Source of the DNA: Octopus sinensis
Taxonomy: Eukaryota
DNA: 64,000 bases
NCBI RefSeq assembly: GCF_006345805.1
Contig: NC_043017.1
Span: 21,700,001 to 21,764,000 of the forward strand
Direction of reading: 5' to 3'
In this document: positions 1-11,630 of the stretch, one piece after another
Numbering within the stretch: the first letter of the stretch is position 1
Layout of the letters: the number at the start of each line of letters is the position of its first letter
The notes under the pieces: generated by a model
What the model saw: only the letters and a program-made list of their open reading frames with translations
Databases searched by the model: none
Told to the model about the DNA's origin: nothing
Translations under genes and position numbers: made by a program

Positions 1-1230
1 GCACACATCCACACACATACATTGCATATATGGATACACACATATGTACACATCAATAGTTACATGTATGCATATATGCATACAATCGCATGCACAAATA
101 CATACATACATATATATACACACACAAATCCAGACATACGTCTAAACACAAACACATACAACCACAGGCCCACACACATACATAAACACACAAACATACA
201 TATACACACACATACGTACAACCGTATGCACACACATATACATACATACACACATACCCACACTTACATGTATGCATACATACAAGCATACATACTACCA
301 TATGCACAAACAAACATATATTCATACACACCAACATATGTAGACACACATGCATACATATACACATTCACTCTTATACACACACATGCAGATATTTATA
401 TACATACATATATATATATATACACACATGCATACAAATACACACCACACATATATATATATATATACACACACACGTCTCCTTAGTCACTCTCGTTTTC
501 TTTTTTGGTCACTTTGTTTTCCTCAAGTCACACACACACACACAGACACACACCAATTGAACACGTGTGTACATTAATATTCATGCTCTTGGTTACACAC
601 ACACACACACACATACACAAACACATTCATACAAACACTCGTACATGTATACACGTAGATATACACATTTGCCCAGAAACATTTGCTAATAAAGAATGCA
701 AAATATCAAAGTTGACACACACACACACACACACCACACACACACATACAGACACACACACACACATATAGACACACACACACACATACAGACACACACA
801 CACAGAGCAGTACAAAGCACATATGCACATACATGTGCACATATAATCCTATATAAACACACACAAGCATGCAGATGCATGCACACACACACACACACAT
901 GCACATACGCGTGTGCACATAAGCACACAAATGCAACCATGTCCTGAAGTGCATACACACATACGTATGCCAAACAAGGTAGAAAAACCCCAAAGTGAAA
1001 ACTTAGGAACACACACACACACACACACGTGTGCATGTAGACACATACGCACACATAGGCACACATACATTAGTATTCATACATAAACACATATAGGCAT
1101 ACACAAGCACGTACAAACACATAGATATAGACACATACACAGACACACGCACATGGTAACGAAGTGTGCTAAGATACAGAAACAATACTGCAAAGTGTCA
1201 TACACACACACACACACAACCAAACACACT
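1..1230. repeat. Degenerate (CA)n/(CATA)n microsatellite field
   Basis: Near-continuous CA/TA dinucleotide-derived sequence; the overlapping H/T/Y/I-rich and C/V-rich ORFs are its translations. Confidence 0.95.
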
Positions 1231-1836
1231 TTCACTTTCTCTTTTACCCCTCTCTCTCTCTTTTCCCCTTTCTCTTCTTTCTCTCTCTCTTTTCTCCCTC
1301 TCTCTCATTTCTCCCTCCTTCTCTTTTCTCCTTCCTTCTCTTATCCCTCTCTCTCTTCTCTTGGCTTCTCTTTTCTCTCTCCTTCTCTTTCCCCTTTCTC
1401 TTTTTTCTCTCTCTCTCTTTTCTCCTCCTTCTCTTTTCTCCTTCCTTCTCTTCCCCTCTTTCTTTTTTATCTCTCTCTCTCTCTCATTTCTCCTTCCTTC
1501 TCTTTTCTCCATCTCTCTCATTTCTCCCTCCTTCTCTTTCCCCCTTTCTCTCTTCTCTCTCTCTCTCTCATTTCTCTTGGCTTCTCTTTTCTCCCTCCTT
1601 CACTTTCCCCTTTCTCTCTTTTCTCTCTCTCTCTCTCTCTTTTCTCCTCCTTCTCTTTTCTCCTTCCTTCTCTTCCCCTCTTTCTTTTTTTATCTCTCTC
1701 TCTCTCTCATTTCTCCTTCCTTCTCTTCTCTCCCTCTCTCTCTTTTCTCCCTCGCTTCCTCTCATTTTCTTTAATTCCTTTCTTTTAACTCTCTGCCTCT
1801 GCGCCTGTCTGACCCTCTGTCTCTCTCTCTCTCTCT
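1231..1836. repeat. Polypyrimidine (CT-rich) tract with an internal ~220-bp duplication
   Basis: About 600 bp almost purely C/T; the block tctcttggcttctcttttctc...tttatctctctctctctctcatttctccttccttctct occurs twice (~1357-1505 and ~1573-1725). Confidence 0.9.
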
Positions 1837-2103
1837 ATCGTCTGCACATCTCTGCAATGAACATGCACACAGACACACACACACAACCACATTTGTTTAA
1901 GGTCCCAGTCATAAATCTATCAGCCCATACTGATACACACACACACACACACACAAATTACAAAGCACAAATAAATTCATATGCACAAATACACACACCA
2001 ATATATATTCACACACATTCATGCATACACACAATCAACAAACATTTGCATACACAATATACACACTTATTGACACAGACACACAAAAACACACATCAAG
2101 ACA

Positions 2104-2134
<31 letters not shown>

Positions 2135-2616
2135 GTACATACATATATACATACATAGATGCATGCAGAAAACTATCTTTCCTCCTATTTACACACACAC
2201 AACATACACACACATGTACCCTAGTAGTTGTGTGTGGATGTTTGTGTGTAAATGTGCATATAGATGCCTGCATATGCAATTTTCTTTTCACCTGCATTGC
2301 AATGTATGCACACATGTGCTGATAAGTAAACCCTAGTTCTATACACACACACACACACACATACGCGCATATCTACCTATCTTTCTATCTGTCTGTCTGT
2401 ATCTCTCAAACCTACAAGAGTAAATAAGAGAGACAGAGACAGGTAGAAACAAGGATTTGAATACTATGTAAATATTCTTTTCAAAAACTTTTCATTTAAT
2501 TTTTCCAAAATTTAATTGTTTTCCATTCTTACAGTTGAAAAAGTCTCAATAACTGAAACCAGTAATGAAACCGGTACTCAATGTCTGGAACTCAGAATCT
2601 TGGGGTTAGTATACCT

Positions 2617-2687
2617 GGGCATATGGTGTAGTGGTTAAGAGCACGGGCTACTAACCCCAAGATTCTGAGTTCGAATCTAGGCAATAA

Positions 2688-2765
<78 letters not shown>

Positions 2766-2803
2766 TAATAATAATAATTGATAATGATAATAATAATAAT
2801 AAC

Positions 2804-2834
<31 letters not shown>

Positions 2835-2985
2835 TCGAAAAATACCTTAGGAATGAGAACCCAAGTTCGAAATTTCCCTAAGACACCTGATGAAGGCTGG
2901 GGGGTATATCAGCTGAAATGTTGTGTTAACAACAAACAAGATGAGGACAAATATCTATCAAATGTAAATAATGTAAATAACGTAT
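2617..2985 (+). mobile_element. tRNA(Ser-like)-headed SINE with internal (AAT)n and hammerhead-bearing tail, copy 1
   Basis: A box tggtgtagtgg, anticodon-arm-like gggctactaaccc, B box gagttcgaatc, then (AAT)n, then gacac-CTGATGA-a-ggctg..cagct-GAAA-tg-tt-gtgtt; a homologous copy lies at 44581-44858. Confidence 0.85.
2882..2927 (+). ncRNA. Minimal type-I hammerhead ribozyme motif
   Basis: Stem I gacac/gtgtt, core CTGATGA 2887-2893, stem II ggctg/cagct, GAAA 2915-2918, stem III reduced to a 2-nt TG (ancestral CG inferred). Confidence 0.65.
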
Positions 2986-3219
2986 ATAAATATATATATA
3001 TGATATAATATAATATAATATAAATAATATATATATGCCTATATACATACATATATGTACATACCTATATATATATATATATGTATATATACATGCATAT
3101 ATGGGTACAGGACACCAAAAACACGTGAACAAAATGAGAAAGAAGACAGGCAACATCAAGAACATTCCCTTCATCTGTTGTTCCCTGTTTCATCTACTCC
3201 TCGTTTCAATATATATATA

Positions 3220-3250
<31 letters not shown>

Positions 3251-3496
3251 ATTTTGAATATATTTACCACCAGATAACTAAAATTATACTTGCTACTGAA
3301 GGGTTAAAATCATACCAAAACATTGGGTCTTGTGGTCTGCTGATGTTGCTTGCAGCTTGGGTTGATGTATTCTTTTTCAATATAAAATCTATTGAGAGAA
3401 ATTTTTCTCTGAAACAAATTCTTGCTGTGAGTGCATTTCCTGTTCTAATGTACAACAACATGTTAAGAATATATGCACACATCTCTATAAATGCAT

Positions 3497-3530
<34 letters not shown>

Positions 3531-3816
3531 CACAATGCATATTCATTAACTAATTGTAGTTATTGGACAGTCGTGGCTAGAGTTGATGCTGTGAAATTTA
3601 CTACTTCACTGGTATGTGTATTCTTCATCCTGTACAAAGGGAAACAATATCAGCCTCGGCGGGATTTCCATACAATATGCAAAAAGTCGTAGCAAATACC
3701 ATAAGGTATTTTGTCTAATACACTCACCAGTTTTATCATCAACCACATACTCATATACGTGCATGGTTAACATGTGTATATAAGATATATGTGTGTGTGT
3801 GTGTATTTGTGAATGG

Positions 3817-3859
<43 letters not shown>

Positions 3860-4444
3860 TATATATCTACAATTTATATGTATGCCTATGTGGATGTATA
3901 TATATATATATATATATACTCACATATTCATACACACACACACATATATATATAGTGCATTGTTTTATGAAACAATAACAGAAAAGAGAAGAGATATATG
4001 CTTGCATATATAGTGTGAGTATGTGTGTGTGTTTGTGTTTACACACACACACACACAAACACACACATACAAACACATATACACACACATACTTATGCAT
4101 GTACATACACATATAATATATATATACATACACACAAGAATATGCCTGCCTCTTCTCTTTTCGGTTGACGCTTTATTACCTGCAAGATCCTTTTGATGTC
4201 ATATCAACTCCCTGTTTCTCCCTATCATACGAGTGAGTGTATATACATGAGTATGAATATTTTGGTGTGTTTGTGTATCCACGTGTGCATGCATGCGTGT
4301 AAGCCCATTCGCATATTCTTGATGGTACATTCAGATAGCTAAATATATGTGCATGTGTGTGCATGTATGCATGTTGATGTATATGGATGGAACTGTATTT
4401 AAATACACATGCACAGATAAGATGAAAGGATTTAGAGACATGCT

Positions 4445-4873
4445 GGCACAGGCATGGCAGTGTGGCAAGAAGCTTGCTTCCCAACCACATGGTTCTGGGT
4501 TCAGTCCCACTGTGTGGCAATATGTGCAACTGTCTTCTGCTATAGCCTCAAGCTAACCAAAGCCCAGTGAGTGGACTTGGTAGGTGGAAACTGAACGAAG
4601 CCTGTCATATATATATGTGTATGTATGTATATTTCTGTGTGTATGTCTATGTGTCCGTGTTTGTCACCCCCCTCCACTGCTTGACAACTGGTGTTGGTGT
4701 GTTTATGCCCCTGTAACTAAGCAGTTCAGCAAAAGAGATTGATAGAATAAGTACTGGTCTTGAAAGAAAAATATAAGTACTGGGGTTGATATATTGGAAG
4801 AACAAAGAAAGAAAATTCTCCAAAGGGGTGCTCCAGCATGGTAACTGTCTAATGACTGAAACAAGTAAAAGAT
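4445..4873 (+). mobile_element. Octopus-type tRNA/CORE-like SINE (family A)
   Basis: Head ggcacaggcatggc..gggttcagtcccactg, internal GT microsatellite, tail ggtgctccagcatgg..tgactgaaacaagtaaaaga; more than 15 homologous copies in the window. Confidence 0.9.
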
Positions 4874-4916
4874 GTATGAATTAGACTTTAACTCGAATGT
4901 ATCTTCACTTGGACAG

Positions 4917-4948
<32 letters not shown>

Positions 4949-4969
4949 GCAAGCTTACAAATATACAAT

Positions 4970-5097
4970 ATTCTTTTCTAATCTAGGCAAAAGGCGCAAC
5001 ATTTTTGGGGAGCAGGGGCCAGTTGATTAGATCGATTCCAGTGCGCAACTGGTACTTAATTTATCGACCCCGAAAGGATGAAAGGCAACGTCGACCA
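4970..5097 (-). mobile_element. SINE family B fragment
   Basis: Reverse complement contains gcctttcatcctttcggggtcgataaattaagtaccagtt, the central domain shared by the family B copies. Confidence 0.85.
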
Positions 5098-5498
5098 TGG
5101 TAATAAACGAGTGAAGAACGAATATATAGTGTGTGTGTATTTGGCAAATAAAGAAAAAGATCATCCTGAAATATAACAATATGTTTCAACACAAATTCAT
5201 AAACATATGAATACACACACATACACATGCATATATATACACACATATATACATATATGTATATGAAGATATATATATATTTATATATATATATATTTAT
5301 TTATTTATATATATATATTTATCTATCTCTATATATATATATGTATATGAAGATATATATATATTTTTATATATATATATATATATATTTATTTATTTAT
5401 ATATATATGTATATGAAGATATATATATATATATTTTTATATATATATATATACTTATTATTTATATATATATGCATATGAAGATATATATATATATA

Positions 5499-5536
<38 letters not shown>

Positions 5537-5539
<3 letters not shown>

Positions 5540-5729
5540 CGGAGATGTACTTGCATAGCAAGTGATTTGATCTGAGATTGTGTGCTGGAATGAAAACAAT
5601 TGCAGCGTGGAAGGTGTTTGTAAGCCATTCAAGAAACACACAAAAGCCGTTCGATTCACTTCAACATTAAGTTTAATTTGTCAAAATATTTTCGTCGCTA
5701 TAAGACCGCGACCTGATCACTGACAAAAT
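5537..5729 (-). mobile_element. Short non-coding element with G3:C8-variant hammerhead, copy 1
   Basis: About 190 bp homologous to 36925-37124 (opposite strand); 3' end abuts (TA)n; HHR topology at 5677-5727. Confidence 0.8.
5677..5727 (-). ncRNA. Hammerhead-like motif with swapped core (GUGAUCA)
   Basis: Minus strand reads TTTGTCA GTGATCA G GTCGC ggtcttata GCGAC GAAA ATAT TT TGACAAA: 7-bp stem I, 5-bp stem II, palindromic stem III. Confidence 0.65.
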
Positions 5730-6603
5730 GGCATTCAATCAAATAATAATATATATATGCATATATGTGTGTGTGTATGCATATATGGGTACAGGACATC
5801 ACCAACAGTAAACAACAGGAAATACGAAAACAAATGAGTTCAATATGCAAATAACGAGAGAAACAAATAGAAAACAGGACAAGTAACATAAAGAACGACC
5901 CTTCATCAGTTGTTGATTGTCTATCTACTCCTCATTTCGAGCATATAACTACATGAATATTACCCCAGAAATTAGTAATTTTCTTAAGATACAGAAATAA
6001 TACAGATAATGAAATATCATTTGATTCCTTGTTAAGAGAATTTCAAATAGGAGATATCTTAATTGCTTTCTCCTACATGTTTGGTCTTGTAACTCCTATT
6101 AGTAAATGAAACACATGTAATGGTGAAGAAATAATACGAAAAACCTTTCCAATCTCTTCTTTTGATATGTGTGTTTGTGCGTGTGTATGTGTGTGTGTGT
6201 GTGTGTGTAAGTGTTGCAAAATATGTATAAATATAGATGATGTTATTATAAACATGATCTGATGTAGACACACATCTAATCAGCAACTAATCTAATAAAT
6301 ACTTTGGGGCTCCTGCCATTTCAGTTGCAGTCATGATTAGCCGAGGGTGAATCTTGAATAGATTGTCATTTCCTTGAAACGTACACACATGCATACACAC
6401 GCACACACAGACACACGTGCAAATACACACCCGCATATATAAATATATATGTATATATACATATAACTACATATATGTATAAATATATATACATGCCTTT
6501 ATTTCTCTGTGTGTGTGTGTGTGTGAGTCAACATCCTCGTTATCTTCATTGAACTAACTTACAATTACTTTATATCATTGAATAATCTCAAGATACACAA
6601 AAT

Positions 6604-6641
<38 letters not shown>

Positions 6642-6731
6642 CACGCATGCATATATAATATAACATTATATATATAGAATATAATATATATAATACATAC
6701 ACACATATATATATGTATATATGTATTCATG

Positions 6732-6767
<36 letters not shown>

Positions 6768-6839
6768 TGTCTATGTATGTATGTATGTATGTATATATAT
6801 ATATATGTGTGTATGTATGTATGTATGTATGTATGTATG

Positions 6840-6889
<50 letters not shown>

Positions 6890-7161
6890 TGTATGTATGT
6901 GTGTGTTGTGAAAAATTATGAATAGGAGATTCTACACATTTTTCAATGTTTATTACTTTTGCAACTTCTATCTTGATATGAAAAACGTGTAACATGGAAT
7001 TGGAAATCTACAAAATGTTCCAATCATCTGCTTAGATACACACACACATATATATGCACACACATATACACCCATCCATCCATACATACATACATACATC
7101 TACATGCACACACACACATATACACACAGATACAAGTACACGCACATGTATACATGCTGGC

Positions 7162-7204
<43 letters not shown>

Positions 7205-7212
7205 TATATATA

Positions 7213-7267
<55 letters not shown>

Positions 7268-7565
7268 AATGTGGTTTAATAGAAAAATGGAGATTAGAAA
7301 CAGTTGTGAGGCAGACAATATATCTTGCACTTTAAAGTTGACTTTGTTTTATCATTTAAGTTCAGATCCCACCAGGATAGGCCCTGCCTTTCAAATTCCT
7401 ACGGTCGATCGATAATATATATGCCAATCAAGTACACAGGATGGTTTAATTAATAATAACGATTCTACCCTGCTTCCTGGATCTTTGTTAGAAATCTATA
7501 TTTTAGGAATCAAATGGAAATTTAGGGAAAAGGTGAGGAGAAGGGGAAGTGAAGGAGAGATAAAA

Positions 7566-7616
<51 letters not shown>

Positions 7617-7809
7617 AATGAGTAGGAAGATAGGTTACGTGGGAGTAATAGGTTGGTTGGTGGGTGGGTGGGTGGGTTATAAACAAATACTTTGTGGTAG
7701 GAGTAAGACGATGGGAAGGAGTGGGAGGAAGCAGATGAAAGGAAGAAGGGCGAATCTGGTGAAAGAAGGTAAAAGGACACGGGTCATGTGGAGAAAGAGG
7801 GGGACGAAC

Positions 7810-8810
7810 ACACACATGCACACATATGCACACTTACGCACACATGCACACACACACACAGACACACATACACCTATGTGTGCACAGACATGTAAGCACA
7901 CAAACACATCATGTGTGCATGTGTTTAATACAAACATGCATTCTCACATGCATGTACACACACATACATACATGCATGCACACATACATAGTAACACATA
8001 TACATACATATGCACATAAACACATACATACATATGTACAACAGGCACACTCATAGATAGCACGCACATTCATACACAACACACACACGCACACACACAC
8101 ATATTCACTCATGGACAACACACACACCCATCAATAAACATGTGTACACAACATGCACACTGATACACACACATATACACAGCACACACACATTCATCTA
8201 CATAAGAACACATGCACATATGCACATGTATGTGCATACACATGCACACATACATGCATGCACAATTTACATGTAAACACATTCGTGCACATAAGTGCAT
8301 ACGCATGCATGCACACATGCAGAGATGTGCACAGTAAATACAGATGCATGACACACCACACATGCATAACACACACATAGCAAAATGGGCACTCACACAC
8401 AGGTACACTTGCATACACAAATATGCATGCACACACATGTATCCATATACACACATGCACATACATATATGTATATAAGCATGTACAACACATATATGCA
8501 TAATACACACATATACATGCTTACACATATGCATGCACATGCACACACACCTCACACACACACATATATATATAAACACACACATGCAAAACGCACACAA
8601 ACACACACACACAAAGATACACATGCACACAACACACACACATGCACACAACACACACACATGCACACAACACACACACATGCACACAACACACACACAT
8701 GCACACAACATGCACACAACACACACACATGCAAACAACACACACACATGCAAACAACACACACACACTTTCACATACATACTCATGCACACACACACAC
8801 ACACACACAA
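7810..8810. repeat. (CA)n-derived microsatellite/minisatellite field
   Basis: CA/CATG repeats including ~17-bp units cacaacacacacacatg at ~8625-8765. Confidence 0.9.
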
Positions 8811-9627
8811 AGCAATAGGAGGAAAGGGAAGAGAGAGGTTAAACAGAAATACCAGGGAGGGTGTGAAAGAAACAGACATGAATGAAAGAGGGGGCAAAGT
8901 GACAAGTAGTTGTTTTGACAAGGAGAGGAAAGATTTGGACCCAGGGTGGGGATAGAAATTAAGATGGTGGGAGGAGATTGGGAAACAGAAGTGGGAGGAG
9001 ATTATATGAAAGATACGAATCAGGAGGATTCTAGATCAGCAAAGAAAAGACGCAGAGTTTGTTGCTGTTGTTGTTTAACCCTAGGTAAGGCTTGATTGAG
9101 AAAACCTTTGATGAGACTATTTTAGGTACAATCATCAGAAACTTTTAATTTCCCAGGCCTAATAGAACCTCGGTTATGACATCCTGTGTACTGCTCTTTT
9201 TAAAGAGAAACAAGATAGGATTTGAGAAGGGTTTTGCTGCTATTTCTCGCAATTCTATTTGACCTTGTAGAAGCAGGTTCTCTTCATGGGTTGAGGAAAA
9301 TAAGAGGGGGAGTGGTTAATACAAGTAGGAGGGTAAAGTGTCCCAAGTGAAATTGAGAAAGGGGACATAGACTGGTTAGGGAAATAAGGATTAGGGTTGT
9401 AGAATTAGGGGGTAATAAGAAGGAGAGAAAGTGCAAGTAAGATTATACATGCATATCTATCTATTTACATATATACATATATATATATATTCTTTTACCT
9501 TTTATTTGTTTCAGTCATTTCACTGTGGCCATGCTGGAGCACTACCTTTCGTCAAGCAAATCAACTCCATTCTTTGTAAGCCTAGTCCTCATTCTATCAG
9601 TTGCTTATATATATATGTGTGTGTGTG

Positions 9628-9670
<43 letters not shown>

Positions 9671-9749
9671 CCTTAAAATCCTTAAAAATGTTTTAGCCCG
9701 AAACCACGGCCATGCTGGGGCACCACCGCTGTCCAAAAAAGCTATCACC

Positions 9750-9817
9750 TGCGTCGGCCGGGAGTCGAACCCAGATCAACTGCATGGAAGGCAACCATGC
9801 TAACCGTTACACACACC
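9750..9817 (-). pseudogene. tRNA-Gly(TCC) pseudogene / SINE head
   Basis: Minus strand GGTGTGTGTAACGGTTAGCATGGTTGCCTTCCATGCAGTTGATCTGGGTTCGACTCCCGGCCGACGCA matches metazoan tRNA-Gly(TCC) as I recall it. The first ~5 nt of the acceptor stem are replaced by (TA)n; a T6 tract follows 9 nt downstream (9735-9740). Confidence 0.85.
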
Positions 9818-9892
9818 TATATATATATATACATAATATATATAATATGTATATATATATATATATATACATACATATATATATTATATATA

Positions 9893-9924
<32 letters not shown>

Positions 9925-10009
9925 ATATATATATATATACATATATACATACATATATATAATACATATATATATATATATATATATATACATACATATA
10001 TATATATAT

Positions 10010-10044
<35 letters not shown>

Positions 10045-10344
10045 CTACATATATATATATATATATATATATACATACATATATATATATTATATATATA
10101 TATTATATATATATATACATACATACATATATATATTATATACATACATATATATATACATACATACATATATATATATATACATACATATATATATACA
10201 ACATACATACATATATATATATATACATACATATATATATACATACATACGTACATATATATATACATACATACATACATATATATATACATACATATAT
10301 ATATATATTATATATATATATATATACATACATATATATTATAT

Positions 10345-10392
<48 letters not shown>

Positions 10393-10410
10393 CATGTATA
10401 TGTATGTATG
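9818..10410. repeat. Long (TA)n/(TACA)n microsatellite
   Basis: About 600 bp of TA/TACA repeats. Confidence 0.95.
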
Positions 10411-10815
10411 TATGAATAAATAGAGACAAAGACAAGAGAAGACAAAAAATGCAGAGAAGATGGTCAGAAACAGATAAAGCACACACACCAAGTTAACAAT
10501 AATCATGAGGTGGGAATAGGGAGTCAGAAAAAATTGGCATATAAAGGGGGAAAAAAAAGGGGGCCAGCAGACAAGGTTTGGGTTGGCGAGGTCAGCTGGC
10601 TCAATATAAAAAATATTAATGGAGTGAAGCGATATTAATAATTGGTATGTCTGGAACAGGAGATGAATGGAATGTATTGTGGTTTGTGTCGAAAAGATAG
10701 GTGATGTATAGGAATGGCAAGAGGAGATTCTTGTATAGCTGTCTGCTTTATTATCTATATAATTGTATTTACGTGTTTCAGTAAGTTGATATATATGTGT
10801 ATGTGTGTATATATA

Positions 10816-10865
<50 letters not shown>

Positions 10866-10918
10866 CATACATACACACATATATATATATATACATACAT
10901 ACATACATATATATATAT

Positions 10919-10961
<43 letters not shown>

Positions 10962-11029
10962 TATACATGTATATATATATATATATAGGTGTGTGTGTGT
11001 GTATCGTTGAAACACTCCTGTCACAACCT

Positions 11030-11073
11030 GGGACCTTGAAGACTACTTTAATGCAAGAAAGTATACTAGTCCC
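11030..11073 (+). ncRNA. Degenerate minimal hammerhead-like motif
   Basis: GGGAC cTTGAAGA ctactttaatgcaa GAAA GTATAC TA GTCCC: stem I GGGAC/GTCCC and palindromic stem III; stem II is decayed. Confidence 0.4.
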
Positions 11074-11284
11074 TTAATATTTGATATCCAATATTTCATC
11101 TATTCAATAAGACAATAAATACTTCATTTCATTTTACTGTGTATACTATTTATACTATATATTCTATATTCTACATTAATATCATAAAGAATATAAATAA
11201 AACAAAAAATAGAGTTGGAATTCCTTTGAATAATATATATAGGTATATATGTACATATATATTTATATATATCGGTGTGTGTGA

Positions 11285-11600
11285 ATATGGTGGTTGTCTA
11301 CTCCTTATGCAAAGTTTGACCACCTCCTGTATGGCATCTGATGTGACTTTTTAAACCAGACAATGTTCTGAAAAGACACACCCATAGATTGCATATTCGA
11401 TATGGACCACCAAGAGTTGCAGATAAGTTCTCATTTTTGTAGATCTTAAAATGTCTTTTGAGTTCTCCGTTAGATTTGCAAACCTTCTGGCATGCATTGC
11501 ACTGAAAGGTGTGCACAAACATATAGGCAGAATAGTTGGTGGAGGTTCGTTTTCCATGGGTGTGCAAATGAGATTTGAGCCCTGCAAAAATAAAGGCATG
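11285..11600 (-). pseudogene. Degenerate C2H2 zinc-finger fragment, probably the 3' end of a LINE ORF
   Basis: FQCNACQKVCKSNGELKRHF and CNLWVCLFRTLSGLKSHIRCH, plus AGLKSHLHTH; no splice or start context, and GLKSH-type fingers are typical of some RTE-clade C-termini. Confidence 0.55.
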
Positions 11601-11630
11601 GTCTATCACAAATTGTGCATATATATATGA

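Noticed and set aside
22-1788. Long ORFs rich in H/T/Y/I, C/V/M or S/L/F (and similar ORFs throughout the window)
   Set aside because: They are translations of microsatellites and polypyrimidine tracts that lack stops by composition.
3327-3343. 17-nt match ggtcttgtggtctgctg to the reverse complement of ~48640-48656
   Set aside because: Isolated short match with no flanking similarity; compatible with chance in a window this size.
5770-5945. CTGATGA on the minus strand in a repeat also present at ~3100-3210
   Set aside because: No downstream stem II plus GAAA could be paired, and the upstream GAAA gives no convincing type II or III fold.
9750-9817. Functional tRNA-Gly gene
   Set aside because: The 5' acceptor strand is replaced by (TA)n, there is an extra base before the D arm and there are stem substitutions.
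10765-10790. Half hammerhead GAAA-CACG-TA on the minus strand
   Set aside because: The 5' core is missing (replaced by microsatellite), so the motif cannot be supported.
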